DNA of 64,000 nucleotides from Tubiluchus corallicola (GCA_030141605.1 JAQGDQ010000249.1:122510-186509), one strand, 5' to 3'; positions 1 through 13,873 are shown, numbered from the stretch's first letter. Notes: a model not told the origin generated them from the letters alone. A program made the numbers and translations.

Positions 1-1439
1 CCATGTTTGTTAAACCATGTCGTGTGCAGCGTTCTACTAAGGTAACGCAAGAAATTTAGCATTTTGGCTGAAACTAGCAGTTAAAATCGTAATGTGGTGA
101 ACGCTTTCACGTAAGACTTCTCGCTTGGGAGGCTGTTCCAGACAGGCGAGGTCATTTCAATCTGATTCTTAAAAACTGTGCCGGGAAGTTAAACGATGTT
201 TATTAAAGGGATAAATGAAAGGAAAAAATCCGCTCCAGGAGACCAGTTCGAGATACGCAAGAATTCGAGTTATATACCAGTTCAAATTATACATAGTTTA
301 CCATATGAGATAAACAACTGACATTTACAATGAGATATCTCATCTACTCGCATATGGACCATACTCCAATCTATTTCATCATTTACTTTCCGTTTAGCTT
401 ATCCACTCTTAGCTGACAGCTAATTATCATGTACAAATCCATCAGCAATTAGGTCAGTAGTAACCACAGACGACGAATATGTTCTTGCTCTAATGAGCAG
501 GTTGATAAATACCTGCTAAGCACTAGTTAGTACAGCTCAATACAGGCTAAGGAACAATATTTCAAATAAGCCTGAGCAAGTAAGAAAAGTACTCTTGGTA
601 GACACAACTCACTAGGCTGAGGAAGTACGTTCTATATAAGCCTGGAGTTAGATACATTGCCTAGATGCACAGATTTAATGTGCGAGTGTGAAGTTGTTGT
701 GCAACCTTTAATAGGTTAGCAGACAACAAGCTGCACTCTTGCTAGGCTGAGGAACTAAGTTCTATGTTGGCTTACTGACTTTCACGGCGATGTCACTCTG
801 GTTTGAAGATCAATGTTAAATTGTTGACATTCAACATTGAACAAGTAAAAGAATACTATCGCAGAGTATGGCCTGGTCTTGTTTGCTGCAGAACACAATA
901 TCATATTTTGCTACACAAAGTTGTTGTAAAATAAATAATTTATGACGTATAATGACTTTTCCCACTTTTGGTACACCACGTTACATCTTGATATACCTAT
1001 TACATAAAGCACATGCTATAAAGTGCTGCCACCTTTAGGAAACTATTACAAGAACATGTTACACCAATGTCGTCCCATATAATGGGAAACTTTATGCTCA
1101 ACAAGGAATATAAACGTGCGAAAGTAGGTGTTTTGAAAAGTAAAGTTTGTCTAATCTGACTTTTCCAGATGCTTTTCACGGTCGAAGAAACATTTCACAA
1201 TACACAAGGTTATTTGAAGGAAACAGCCTGAAATTGTGGATTAAATGCATCAAATCAGTGACAGTTTATGCATTATCAAAATGCTGAACTGCATGGCACA
1301 CTTCTTTTTTAGCTGCACATGTACTAGCATCATTAGATAAGAAAACTGTTTGAGATCAGCCAACAAGCAGCAGTTATTGATGACCTTGAAAAGGGTAAAT
1401 GATTGGAGATTGAAGCGTTAGTACAATATCTGTTGCTTT

Positions 1440-2822
1440 TCACATAAACTTCTTGTAAGCAAGCTCGCTAACAAATGTAAACAATGCTACACCGATTCCG
1501 GACATCAACACCCAAAAAACTACGTTAAGTTGCTCCACATTAATTGATAATGTGCCTACATGCTGAACAGGTGAGTCTAAACATTTTTCCGAAGGTTGCA
1601 GTAACTGTTGTAGCAGTTCATCCACAAGACCGTGTTCTTTTAATGTAGCAAGAGCAGAATTTAGGGCTTCTGTGTAGTTACTATTCGGTGGTACAACTAA
1701 TGCTGATGCTGATGAAAATCTCAAAAATGGGGAAACAGAAAATCTGCATTTTCCGTGTAATTCATAATCCTTAATTAAGGAGAGCTTTGCATAAGTCTCT
1801 TCCGCGAAGAAGGTGTATTTTCCAGTAGCTGTCAGTTCCAATGCCATTTCGTCATTGTCGGCAGGTACATTATGATCCGTTTTCATTCTCTGCCACAGTT
1901 GTCTAAATTCCGGTCTGTGTCTCATTTGCATGGTGCCGCTCAACTGACCTAGTGTAACAGGAACTATGTCGCTGTCTATCAACTCTTGCAACGTAGTGAA
2001 TGAATAAACTTGCTTGCTTACAAATAATTTACTAACCAGTGTGCCCGTGTACATGGCTGTGATGATGCAAGCAAAAATCCACCACCATCCGATAAGCATC
2101 CTAGCGGATAAACATTGTGGTAAATATGTTCCACCTTGTTGGAGGTACGACGATAGTGTGAACCGAGTAAAGTACGCCTTACTTTCATTCTTTATCACTG
2201 GTTTTTCCAGTTTTCTTTGGCAGTTACTGCATTTCGTAATCCCTTCCTCGTTGTACGGCAGGTTTTTGCTGTAGTCAATATAGTAAAGTATTGTACCCAC
2301 TACTATGCCATATAATAACAGAAGCAGCCACACGGGTGTGGTGAATGGGTCTATTATATTAAAACCTTGTAATTGATGTCTTTTTGTGATAAATACATGA
2401 GAACTATAAGCAAGTGGGTGAAGAAACGTCATACTTTTTGTTCTTTCTGGTAACATGGTGACTAAGCCCAAAAACAAGTCGAATTCTCCTGTATCAATTA
2501 TATTTTCTGGAGTTTCAAAACGTTTGATGTATGTCACCTTGTACGTGAAGTTTGCTGCTTGGCTGAGGATCGGAAGCAGCTGATCTAGATATGGCTTCAT
2601 AGGATCGTCTCTCCATGCTCCAACTCGAAGCATCTCTCCATGGAGTGAATAACCCTGTGTTCTGAAGTTTTTACCATAAAACGCATTTAAATTGTTCTGG
2701 TTATTCAAACTGTTGCAATTTTCAGTCCTTGTTTTAGTTTTACACGACATTCCTGCGGTCCAAAAACATTCAAGGAAATAACAAACGATGGCACAAGTTT
2801 TGAGAAATGATGCAAGCGACAT
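1440..2822 (-). CDS. Ionotropic receptor (IR)/iGluR-like channel subunit, copy 1 (460 aa, single exon, no ATD)
   Basis: Signal-peptide-like N-terminus; S1 motif GEFDLFLGLVTMLPERTKSMTFLHP (cf. iGluR D-LA-APLTIT--RE-VIDFSKPF); M1 DPFTTPVW; pore loop FTLSSYLQQGG; M3 PQCLSARMLIGWWW...MYTGTLVSKL (SYTANLAAF position); S2 end LNSALATLKEHGLVDEL; terminal TM helix. ATG at 2822 chosen by homology with the other copies; the ORF-track start is an upstream GTG. Confidence 0.92.
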   Translation of the reverse strand: MSLASFLKTCAIVCYFLECFWTAGMSCKTKTRTENCNSLNNQNNLNAFYGKNFRTQGYSLHGEMLRVGAWRDDPMKPYLDQLLPILSQAANFTYKVTYIKRFETPENIIDTGEFDLFLGLVTMLPERTKSMTFLHPLAYSSHVFITKRHQLQGFNIIDPFTTPVWLLLLLYGIVVGTILYYIDYSKNLPYNEEGITKCSNCQRKLEKPVIKNESKAYFTRFTLSSYLQQGGTYLPQCLSARMLIGWWWIFACIITAMYTGTLVSKLFVSKQVYSFTTLQELIDSDIVPVTLGQLSGTMQMRHRPEFRQLWQRMKTDHNVPADNDEMALELTATGKYTFFAEETYAKLSLIKDYELHGKCRFSVSPFLRFSSASALVVPPNSNYTEALNSALATLKEHGLVDELLQQLLQPSEKCLDSPVQHVGTLSINVEQLNVVFWVLMSGIGVALFTFVSELAYKKFM

Positions 2823-2901
2823 TTTGACTTTGAAAGTGTGAATAATAAACTTTAGCTGAATCACATTATACAGTCATAATATGCCCATCCAAGGAGGATG
2901 A

Positions 2902-2934
2902 CGATGAAAATGTTTTCAGCTGACCACTTTTATA
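2902..2934 (-). promoter_or_regulatory. Putative core promoter of IR copy 1 (TATA box plus initiator)
   Basis: Minus-strand TATAAAAG at 2934-2927 and TCAT initiator-like motif with its A at 2905 (29 nt downstream), ~83 nt before the ATG. TATAAAAG also at 19023-19030, 24188-24195, 28128-28135 and 35907-35914. Confidence 0.6.
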
Positions 2935-3296
2935 CTACAATGCCAATGTGTTACATGTACTTTGTCATATATTTGTATTAATCATAATAGTGTGTGCGCT
3001 AATTCATCGGGTGTGAATCTACATGTTAGTTTTGTCTGCCACACCTTTCTGGTGTTTAATTAGGCTTCTCGTCCTGTTGCCACCTGTGTTAACATTACCA
3101 CCTAGCTAATGTTACCTCAACACCTAAAATAATAACATATTAAAAAGCAGAATTCTGCAGAACGAATGCAGAAACCGCACAAGAGCAAACGTACTATACT
3201 TAACCAAGACCACAAGGAGCAAACTGTAAATTAAAAACGAAAAGTAACACGTGATTAGTGTCTCCTACTTTGATCAAGTCCACCTTGAGAATGAAG

Positions 3297-3332
3297 GATT
3301 AGATTTGATTAGATTAGATTAGATTAGATTAG
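3297..3332 (+). repeat. (GATTA)n microsatellite
   Basis: About 7 units, one imperfect. Confidence 0.9.
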
Positions 3333-4124
3333 AAAGAACAAAAATGCAAAAGTGTAGGACGAAGAAGAATAAAATAGAATAGATAAAAATGCAATAAGAG
3401 GGGAAACGGGAAGGGAAGAGAGGAGTTGAATCAGATTTTGCATCATTTGTGTAATTAACGTCTGCGTCCATTAATAAACGAAGCCACTCACATTTCACCA
3501 GAGTCAAAATCATGTTTAGATCTTATCATCACAAATATTCCAAACTGGTTTACTGGGACGTTTGTACAGACTGCAACTGCTGATGCATGCAGACACTGTC
3601 CTATATTGAGCCATATGAAATTTATATATGTATTAAGTAAAAAGGTATGTGAGAAAAGTTTAGAATTACGAAAAAAAATTTAATCAATTATCAAATGTCT
3701 TCTGGATGCTTTAATAACTGTCAGTATAAACCAAACATACAAGTTAATTATTGATGCATGTACAAACTGTGTTGTGGATCTATCCCAAATCAAACAGCAA
3801 TGGTTCATCCTGGAAACGATCCTTGGATGAATCCCAACATAAGAACACAAAAGCTTCGTCGCAACAGGTTATATAAATAAATCTAAGGAAAACTCCTAAC
3901 ACTCCACATTGGGATCAAAGCTGTAAGAAATGTCAGGTCAGGATGTGGAATTAACAGACGCAGAATCACCTTTTTTGGTATTTTCAAAAATTTTAATTTT
4001 TAATTTTTACAATTTTTTTTTAATTTTCACTAACACGGGACCCTATAGGAGTAAAGTTTCAAACAAGATCTCCTTTGAAATCGCCAAGTGGATTCACTCT
4101 AAACAAATCATGGATCATCCTAAG

Positions 4125-4750
4125 AATATTAGAATAGAACAGAAATTTATTTTTTTACATGAATGTGGATCAAAACTGCATATAATACAATATTTCCACG
4201 ATGGTCCATGCGTGATTAGCACTTTAAATATATAATTTCAAAAAGTGAAATTGAACAAATAAAAATTACGCATTAATAGCACATATTAAATAAAATAAAC
4301 ATTTAATTAAATCCCTAAGGATCAAGAGTTAGGAATTTTAAATTGTTCATAAGTTTCAAAAAACAAGTCAAGTAAGAGTCATAAAGTTAAAATTCATAAA
4401 ATTCATAAAGAATAATTGAAAAATGAAAAATTGAAAGATTGAAAAACAGTTAAAAATTATTTACTAAATGTAACAAAACTAGATTAGGGGTAAAACAACA
4501 TTTTAGACTAAAAATACTACGAAGTAAAAGTACTAATAAAGGTTATACCCAATTAAGAAAGAATTAAATGTTTAAAATTATCATTGCTAAACAGTAATTA
4601 AGAACAAAACTATATAAAAATCAAAATTAAGGTGATTAGCGATTAAAATCGGAATGATAAAATCTAAAAGTTGCTAAGATTTCAAAAATGAGACAACAGA
4701 TTAAAATATAAATTAATTTAAAATAGCATTAAGCAATGCTTTCTTTAGTT
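4125..4750 (-). repeat. Very AT-rich segment resembling a retroelement 3' tail, present in spacers 1-9
   Basis: On the minus strand it is T-rich and ends AATAAATTTCTGTTCTATTCTAATATTCT (poly(A) signal plus short TTCTA-type tail); homologous in each internal spacer. Family not identifiable. Confidence 0.35.
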
Positions 4751-5383
4751 TAGTATTTGGGTCATCCATCATAGCTGCAATTTATTATAATACAAAATGT
4801 ATATGGCAAAATCTCATCAAGTCTACGTCAGGTATTGTAATCTGAGTAGCACGGTTAATAGAATTCGGCAATAATAATATTATGACATACATTAAACCAT
4901 GTTTGCTAAGCCACGTCGTGTGCAGCGTTCTACTAAGGTAACACAAGCAATTTAGCATTTTCACTGAAACTAGCAGTTAAAATCGTAATGTGGTGAACGC
5001 TTTCACGCAAGACTTCTCACTTGGGAGGCTGTTCCAGACAGGCGAGATAATTTCAGTAAAATTCTTAAAAACTGTACCAGGAATTTTGTTCAAGTTATGC
5101 GAATCTGAGTTACACGATGTTTATTAAAAGAAAAAATGAAAGGAAAATCCGCTCCATGAGGCCAGTTCAAGATACGCAAGAATTCGAGTTCAAGTTATAC
5201 ATAGTTTACCGTATGAGATAAACAACTGACTTTTACAATGAGATATCTCATCTACTCACATATGGAACACACTCCAGTCAATTTCATCATTTAGTTTGAA
5301 TTTAGCATATTCACTCTTAGCTGATAGACGATGATCATGTACAAATCATTCAGCAATGAGGTCAGCACATAAACTATTGATTT

Positions 5384-6766
5384 TCACATAAACATCTTGT
5401 AAGCAAGCTCACTAATAAATGTAAACAATGCTACACCGATTCCAGACATCAACACCCAAACAACTACATTAAGTTGCTCCACATTAATTGATAACGTGCC
5501 TACATGCTGAATAGGGGGGTCTAAACACTTTTCCAAAGGCTGCAGTAACTGTTGTAGCAGTTTGTCCACAAGACCGTGTTCTTTTAATATAGCAAGAGCA
5601 AAATTTAGGACTTCAGTATAGTTACTTTTCTTTGGTACAACTAATGCTAATGGTGTCGAAATACTTAAAGATGAAGCAATGGAAAATCTGCATTTTCCGT
5701 GTAATTCATAATCCTTAATTAAGTAGATCTTTGCATAAGTCTTTTCGTTGAAGAATGTGTATTTTCCAGTAGATGTCAGCTCTAATGCCGTCTCTGCACT
5801 GTCGGCAGGTACATTAGGATCCATTTTCATTCTCTGCCACAGTTGTCTAAATTCAGGCCTGTTTTTCATTTGCATGGTGCCACTGAACTGACCTAGTGTA
5901 ACAGGAACTATGTCGCTGTCTATCAACTCTTGCAACGTAGAGAATGGATAAACTTGCTTGCTTACAAATAATTTACTAACCAGTGTGCCCGTGTACATGG
6001 CTGTGATGATGCAAGCAAAAATCCACCACCATCCAATAAGCATTCTAGCGGATAAACATTGTGGTAAATATGTTCCACCTTGTTGGAGGTACGACGATAG
6101 TGTGAACCGAGTAAAGTACGCCTTACTTTCATTCTTTATCACTGGTTTTTCCAGTTTTCTTTGACAATTACTGCATTTTATAATCTCTTCCTTGTTGTAT
6201 GGCAGGTTTTTGCTGTAGTCAATATAGTAGAGTATTGTACCCACAACTATGCCATATAATACCACAAGAAGCCACACAGGTGTGGAGAATGGATCTATTA
6301 TACTAAAACCTTGTAACTGGTGTCTTTTTGTGATAAATACATAAGAATTGTAAGCAAGTGGGTGAAGAAACGTCATACTTTTTGTTCTTTCTGGTAACAT
6401 TGTGACTAAGCCCAATAACAAGTCGAATTCTCCTGTATCAATTATATTTTCTGGAGTTTCAAAACGTTTGATGTACGTCACCTTGTACGTAAAGTTTGCT
6501 GCTTGGCTGAGCATCATAAGCAGTTGATCTAGATATGGGTTCATCTGATGGTCTCTCCATGCTCCAACTCGAAGCATCTCTCCATGGAGTGAATAACCCT
6601 GTGTTCTGAAGTTTTTACCATAAAGCACATCTAAATTGAACTGGTTATACAGTCTGTTGCAATTTTCAGTCCTTGGTTTAGTCTTACACAACGTTCCTTT
6701 GATGCAAAAACATTCAAGGAAATAAAAAACAATGGCACACGTTTTGAGAAATGATGCAAATGACAT
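5384..6766 (-). CDS. IR/iGluR-like subunit, copy 2 (460 aa)
   Basis: Uninterrupted 1383-nt ORF, co-linear with copy 1, same S1/M1/pore/M3/S2/M4 motifs. Confidence 0.92.
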   Translation of the reverse strand: MSFASFLKTCAIVFYFLECFCIKGTLCKTKPRTENCNRLYNQFNLDVLYGKNFRTQGYSLHGEMLRVGAWRDHQMNPYLDQLLMMLSQAANFTYKVTYIKRFETPENIIDTGEFDLLLGLVTMLPERTKSMTFLHPLAYNSYVFITKRHQLQGFSIIDPFSTPVWLLVVLYGIVVGTILYYIDYSKNLPYNKEEIIKCSNCQRKLEKPVIKNESKAYFTRFTLSSYLQQGGTYLPQCLSARMLIGWWWIFACIITAMYTGTLVSKLFVSKQVYPFSTLQELIDSDIVPVTLGQFSGTMQMKNRPEFRQLWQRMKMDPNVPADSAETALELTSTGKYTFFNEKTYAKIYLIKDYELHGKCRFSIASSLSISTPLALVVPKKSNYTEVLNFALAILKEHGLVDKLLQQLLQPLEKCLDPPIQHVGTLSINVEQLNVVVWVLMSGIGVALFTFISELAYKMFM

Positions 6767-9524
6767 TTTTTGCTTTGTAAAATCGAATCATGAGCGTTAG
6801 CTGATTCACGTTATACAGTCATAATATGGCTATGCAGCGAAGATGAAAATGTTTTCAGCTAACCACTTATACTACAATGCCAATGTGTTGTGGTCGAGTA
6901 CTTTGTAAATATATTTGCATTAATCGTAATTGTCTGTACGCTAATTGACAGGAGCCCATTCTGCATGTTTTTTTCCTGTCAAACTGTCTAGTGTTCAATT
7001 AGGCTTCTTCTGTTGCCTGCTGAAGTTGATGTTACCTCAACACCTAAACTAACAGCATATTGAAAAGCAGAATGCTGCAGAACATGCACTTTCGAAAACG
7101 TTATTGGCTATGTATTTGTTTGCTAGGTATCAAAAGATTTGGCTTTTGTATGCGGCACTGGCGCTAGCGAATGTGGAAACAACACAAGAGCAAACATAAA
7201 ACACTTAACACTATCAGAGAGGTGCAAACTGCAAATTAGATTAGAAAGAACAAAAAGGCAACAGTATAAAAAGAAGTAGAATAAAATAGAATAGATAAAA
7301 ATGCAATAGGAGGGGAAACGGGAGAGGAAGAAAAGAGTTGAATCAGATTTTCTATCATTTACGTAATTAATGTCTGCATCAGTTAATAAACAAAACCACT
7401 CACATTTCACCAGAGTCAAAATCATGTTTAGATCTTATCATTACAAATATTCCAAACTGGTTTACTGGGACGTTTGTACAGACAGCGACTGCTGATGCAT
7501 GCAGACACTGTCCTATATTGAGCCATATGAGATTTATATATGTATTAAGTAAAAAGGTATGTGAGAAAAGTTTAGAAGTATCAACTTCATATTTTTCCTA
7601 ATCAATTATCAAATGTCATCTGGATGCTTTAATAACTTTCAATGTAAACCAAACATGCAAGTTAATTATTGATGCATGTACAAACTGTGTTGTGGATCTA
7701 TCCCAAATCAAACAGTAATGATTCATCCAGGAAATGATCCTTGAATGAATCCCAACATAAGAACACAAAAGCATCATCGCGACAGGTTATATAATAAATC
7801 TAAGGAAAAATCCTAACACTCTACATTGGGATCAAAGTTGTAAGAAATGTCAGGTCAGGATGTGGATTTAACAGACACAGAATCATCTTTCTACGGATTT
7901 TCAAAATTTTGATTTCTTAAATTTTACGCATTTTTTTAAAATTTTCACTAATATGGGGCCCTATAGGAGAAAAAGTATCAAACAACATCTCCTTTGAAAT
8001 CGCCAAGTGGATTCACTCAAAACGAATCACGGATCACCCTAAGAACAGAGTAGAATAAAACAGAAATTTATTTTTTACATGGATTTGAATCAGAATTGCA
8101 TATAATACAATATTTCCAGGATGGCTCACGCATGATTATCACTTTAAATAGATAATTTCAAATAAGTGAAATTAAACAAATAAAAATTACACATTAATAG
8201 CATACATTAAGTTAAATGAGCATTTTAATTAAAACCTTAAGCATCAAGAATTAGGAATTTTAAATTGTTAATAAGTTTCATAAAATAAGTCTAATAAGAG
8301 TCATAAAGTTAAAATTCATAAAATTAATAAATTATAATTGAAAAATGAAAAATTTAAAGATTAAAGAACAGTTAAAAATTATTTACTAAATATAACAGAA
8401 CTAGATTAGGGGTAAAACAACATTTTAGACTAAAAGTACTAAGAAGTAAAAGTACTGATAAATGTCATACACAGTTAAGAAAAATTAAGTTGATTAAAGA
8501 TTAAAATCAGAATGATAAAATCTAAAAGTTGCCAAGATTTCAAAAATGACACAACAGATTAAAATATAATTTAATTTAAAATAGAATTAAGCAATGCTTC
8601 CTTTAACTGTTTTTCTGATAAACCATATAAAAGTTGTTAAATGATTTCCAACATTTTTGAGATTTGTATTTTCTATGATTTTTTCAATTTTTGCTATTTC
8701 TTCCCTTTGTTTAGTATTTGGGTCATCCGTCATAGCTGCATTTTATTATAATACAAAATGTATATGACAGAGTTTAAGCAAACCACATTATTAATATGTT
8801 GCCAGTAAGTCATTCATTTGAAAATAATTTGTATTGCTCACTTTGATATTAAATAATTAAGAGGCGTATATATTTCCAAGTTTTCTGACACCAGGCCCAG
8901 GGCTTTATATAGGTTAGGGCCTCACCAACTCTAAATCAGGAACCAGACCTACAGTCACCATGCCTACATCATGTACTGTAGACTGAAGAGCATGGTTAAT
9001 GGAATTCGGCAATAATAATATTGTGATCTACGTTTTACCATGTTCGTTAAGCCATGTCGTGTGCAGCGTTCTACTAAGGTAACACAAGCAATTTAGCATT
9101 TTCACTGAAACTAGCAGTTAAAATCGTAATGTGGTGAACGCTTTCACGTAAGACTTCTTGCTTGGGAGGCTGTTCCAGACAGGCGAGATAATTTCAGTAC
9201 ATTTCTTAAAAACTGTACCGGGAATTTGGTTCAAGTTACGCGATAATCTGAGTTACACGATGTTTATTAAAAGGAAAAATCTGTTCCACAAGATCTGTTT
9301 AAGATATGCAAGAATTCAAATTATACCAGTTCAAGTTATACATAGTTTACCGTATCAGATAAACAACTGACTTTTACAATGAGATATCTTATCTACTCGC
9401 ATATGAAACATACTCCAGTCAATTTCATCATTTAGTTTGAATTTAGCATATTCACTCTTAGCTGATAGACGATTATCATGTACAAATCCGTCAGCAATGA
9501 GCTCAGCACATAAACTATTGCTTT

Positions 9525-10907
9525 TCACATAAATTTCTTGTAAGCAAGCTCGCTAATAAATGTAAACAATGCTACACAGATTCCAAATATCAACACCCAA
9601 AAAACTACATTAAGTTGCTTCACATTAATTGATAACGTGCCTACATGCTGAACAGGTGAGTCTAAACACTTTGCCGATGGTTGCAGTAACTGTTGTAGCA
9701 GTTTGTCCACAAGACCGTGTTCCTTTAATGTAGCAAAAGCAAAATTTAGGACTTCTGTGTAGTTACTGTTCTTTGGTACAACTAATGCTGATGGTAACAA
9801 AAATCTCAAAAATGGAGAAACAGAAAATCTACATTTTTCATATAATTCATAATCCTTAATTAAGAAGAACTTTGCATAAGTCCCTATTGTAAACAAGGTG
9901 TATTTTCCAGTAGATGTCAGCTCTAATGCCATCTCTGCACTGTCGGCAGGTATGTTAGGATCCGTTTTCATTCTCTGCCACAGTTGTCTAAATTCCGGTC
10001 TGTTTTTCATTTGCAAGGTGGAGCTGTGCCGACCTAGTGTAACAGGGATTATGTCGCTGTCTTTCAACTCTTGCAATGTAGTGAATGGATAAACTTGCTT
10101 GCTTACAAATAATTTACTAACCAGTGTGCCCGTGTACATGGCCGTGATGATGCAAGCAAAAATCCACCACCATCCGATAAGCATCCTAGCGGATAAACAT
10201 TGTGGTAAATATGTTCCACCTTGTTGGAGGTACGACGATAGTGTGAACCGAGTAAAGTACGCCTTGCTTTCATTCTTTATCACAGGTTTTTCCAGTTTTC
10301 TTTGGCAGTTGCTGCATTTTATAATCCCTTCCTTGTTGTATGGCAGGTTTTTGCTGTAGTCAATATAGTAGAGTATTGTACCCGCTACTACGCCATATAA
10401 TACCAGAAGCAGCCACACGAGTGTGGTGAATGGGTCTATTATACTAAAACCTTGTAATTGATGTCTTTTTGTGATAAATACATGAGAATTATAAACAAAT
10501 GGGTGAAGAAACGTCATACTTTTTGCTCTTTCTGGTAACATGGTGACTAAGCCCAAAACCAAGTCGAATTCTCCTGTATCAATTGTATTTTCTAGAGTTT
10601 CCGAACGTTTCATGTATGTCACCTTGTACGTGAAGTTTGCTGCTTGGCTGAGCATCGTGAGCAGTTGATCTAGATATGGCTTCATAACATCTTCTCTCCA
10701 TGCTCCCACTCGAAGCAACTCTCCGTGGAGTGAATAACCCTGTGTTCTGGAGTTTTTACCATAAAACGCATTTAAATTGTACTGGTTATACAAGCTGTTA
10801 CAATTTTCAGTCCTTGTTTTAGTTTTACACAACATTCCTTTGATGCAAAAACATTCAAGAAAATAAAAAACGATGGCACAAGTTTTGAGAAATGATGCAA
10901 GTGACAT
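9525..10907 (-). CDS. IR/iGluR-like subunit, copy 3 (460 aa)
   Basis: 1383-nt ORF with the same motifs; S2 variant LFTIGT. Confidence 0.92.
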   Translation of the reverse strand: MSLASFLKTCAIVFYFLECFCIKGMLCKTKTRTENCNSLYNQYNLNAFYGKNSRTQGYSLHGELLRVGAWREDVMKPYLDQLLTMLSQAANFTYKVTYMKRSETLENTIDTGEFDLVLGLVTMLPERAKSMTFLHPFVYNSHVFITKRHQLQGFSIIDPFTTLVWLLLVLYGVVAGTILYYIDYSKNLPYNKEGIIKCSNCQRKLEKPVIKNESKAYFTRFTLSSYLQQGGTYLPQCLSARMLIGWWWIFACIITAMYTGTLVSKLFVSKQVYPFTTLQELKDSDIIPVTLGRHSSTLQMKNRPEFRQLWQRMKTDPNIPADSAEMALELTSTGKYTLFTIGTYAKFFLIKDYELYEKCRFSVSPFLRFLLPSALVVPKNSNYTEVLNFAFATLKEHGLVDKLLQQLLQPSAKCLDSPVQHVGTLSINVKQLNVVFWVLIFGICVALFTFISELAYKKFM

Positions 10908-13873
10908 TTTTGCTTTGTAGGTTTGAATAATAGACTTAGCTGATTCACGTTATACAGTCATAATATGCCTATCCAGGGAGGATGACGATGAAAATGTTTT
11001 CAGCTGACCACTTATTCTACAATACTAATGTTATGGTCGATTGCTTTGTAAATATATTTAATACTGGTGTTTAATAAGGCTTCTCTTGTTGCCAACTGTG
11101 TTAATATTATCACATAGCTAATGTTACATCAACACCTAACCTAATAATATATTTCAAAGCAGAAATTGGAGAGGAGAGGAAATGGGAGGAGAAGAGAAGA
11201 ATTGAATCAGAATTTGTATCATTTACGTAATTAAAGCCTGCATCCATTAATAAACGAAGCCACTCACATTTCAGCAGAGTCAAAATCATGTTTAGATCTT
11301 ATCATTACAAATATTCCAAACTGGTTTGCTGGGACGTTTGTACAGACAGTGACTGCTGATGCATGCAGACACTGTCCTATATTGAGCCATATGAAATTTA
11401 TACATGTATTAAGTAAAAAGGTATGTGAGAAAAGTTTAGAATTATGAAAATGTTGATACTTTATATTTTTTCGAATCAATTATCAAGTTTCATCTGGATG
11501 CTTTAATAACTCTCAATGTAAACCAAACGTGCAAGTTAATTATTGATGCACTTACAAAGTGTGTTGTGGATCTATCCCAAATCAAACATAACAGAAATGA
11601 TCCTTGGATGAATCCCAACATAAGAACACAAAAGCTTCGTCACGACAGGTTATATAATAAATCTAAGGAAAACTCCTAACACTCCACATTGGGATCAAAG
11701 TTGTAAGAAATGTCAGGTCAGGATGTGGAATTAACAGACACAAAATCATCTTTTTGCGGATTTTCAAATTTTTAATTCCTTAAATTTTATGCATTTTTTT
11801 AAATTTTCGCTAACACAGGACCCTATAGGAGAAAAAGTTTCAAGCAACATCTCCTTTTAAATCGCCAAGTGGATTCACACAAAACAAATCATGGATCATC
11901 CTAAGAACAGAATAAAATAGAATTTATTTTTTATATGGATGTGGATCAAAATTGAATATAATACAATATTTCCACGATGGTTCATGCATGATTAGCACTT
12001 TAAATAGCTAATTTCAAATAAGTGAAATTAAACAAATAAAAATTACACATTAATAGCATACATTAAATTAAATTAACATTTTAATTAAAACCCCAACCAT
12101 CAAGAATTAGGAATTTTAAATTGTTAATAAGTTTCAGAAAATAAGTCTAATAAGAGTCATAAAGTTAAAATTAAAATAATTCTTAAAGTATAATTGAAAA
12201 ATGAAAAATTTAAAGATTAAAAAACAGTTAAAAATTATTTACTAAATGTAACATAACTACATTAGGGGTAAAACAACATTTTAGACTAAAATACTAAGAA
12301 GTAAAAGTAAAAGTACTGATAAAAGTCATACACAATTAAGAAAAATTAAATGTTTATAATTATCATTGCTAAACAGTATATAAGAACAAAACTACATAAG
12401 GTCAAAATTAATGTGATTAAAGATTAAAATCAGAATCATAAAATCTAAAAGTTGTTAAGATTTCAAAAATGAGACAACAGTTTAAAATATAATTTAATTT
12501 GAAATAGTGTTAAGCAATGCTTTCTTTAACTGTTTTTCTGATAAACCATATAAAACTTGCTAAATGATTTCCAAAATTTTCGAGATTTGTATTTTCTATG
12601 ATTTTTTCAATTTTTGCTATTTCTTCCCTTTGTTTAGTATTTGGGTCGTCCGTCATAGGTGCATTTTATTATAACACAAAATGGATATGACAGAATTTAA
12701 GCCAACCAAATTATTAATATGTTGCCAGTAAGTCATTCATTTGAAAATAATTTGTATTGCTCACTTTGATATTAAATAATTAAGAGGCGTATATATTTCC
12801 AAGTTTTCTGAGACCAGGCCCAGGGCTTCACATAGTCTAGGGCCTCACCAACTCTAAATCAGGAACCAGACCTACAGTCTACATGTCTGCATCATGCATT
12901 GTATTCATGGCTGAAGACACATTCACAATACAAGATTATTTAAAGGAAACAGCTCAATACAGGCTAAGGAACAATATTTCAAATAAGCCTGAGCAAGTAA
13001 GAAAAGTACTCATGGTAGACACAACTCACTAGGCTGAGGAAGTACGTTCTATATGACCCTGGAGTTACATACATTGCCTAGATGCACAGATTTAGTGTGT
13101 GAGTGTGAAGTTGTTGTGCAACCTTTAATAGGTTAACAGACAACAAGCTGCACTCTTGCTAGGCTGAGGAACTAAGTTCTATGTTGGCTTACTGACTCTC
13201 ACGGGGATGTCACACTGGTTTGAGCATCATGTTAAATTGTTGACATTCAACATTGAACAAGTGAAAGAATACTATAGCAGAGTATGGCCTGGTCTTGTTT
13301 GCTGCAGAACACAATATCATATTTTGCTACACAAAGTTGTTGTAAAGGTGTTATGTAAAATAAATGACTTATGACGTATTATGACTTATCCCACTTTTAG
13401 TACACCCATGTTACATTTTGATATACCTATTACGTAAAGCACATGTTATAAAGTGCTGCCACCTTTAGGAAACTATTACAAGAACATGTTACACCAATGT
13501 CGTTCGACCATGTAATGGGAAAACTTTATGCTAATCAAGGAATATAAAAGTGTGAAAGTAGGTGTTTTGAAAGATGAAGTTTGTCTAATCTGACTTTTCC
13601 AGATGCTTTTCATGGCTGAAGAAACATTTCACAATACACAAGGTTATTTGAAGGAAACAGCCTGAAATTTTTGGATTAAATGCGTCAAATCTGTGACAAT
13701 TTATGATTATCACAATGCTGAACTGCATGGCACACTTCATTTTTAGCTGCACATGTACTGCCATCATTTGATAAGAAAACTGTTTGAAATCAGCCAACAA
13801 GCAGCAGTTATTGATGACCTTGAAAAGGGTAAATGATTGGAGACTAAAGGGTTAGTACAATATCTATTGATTT

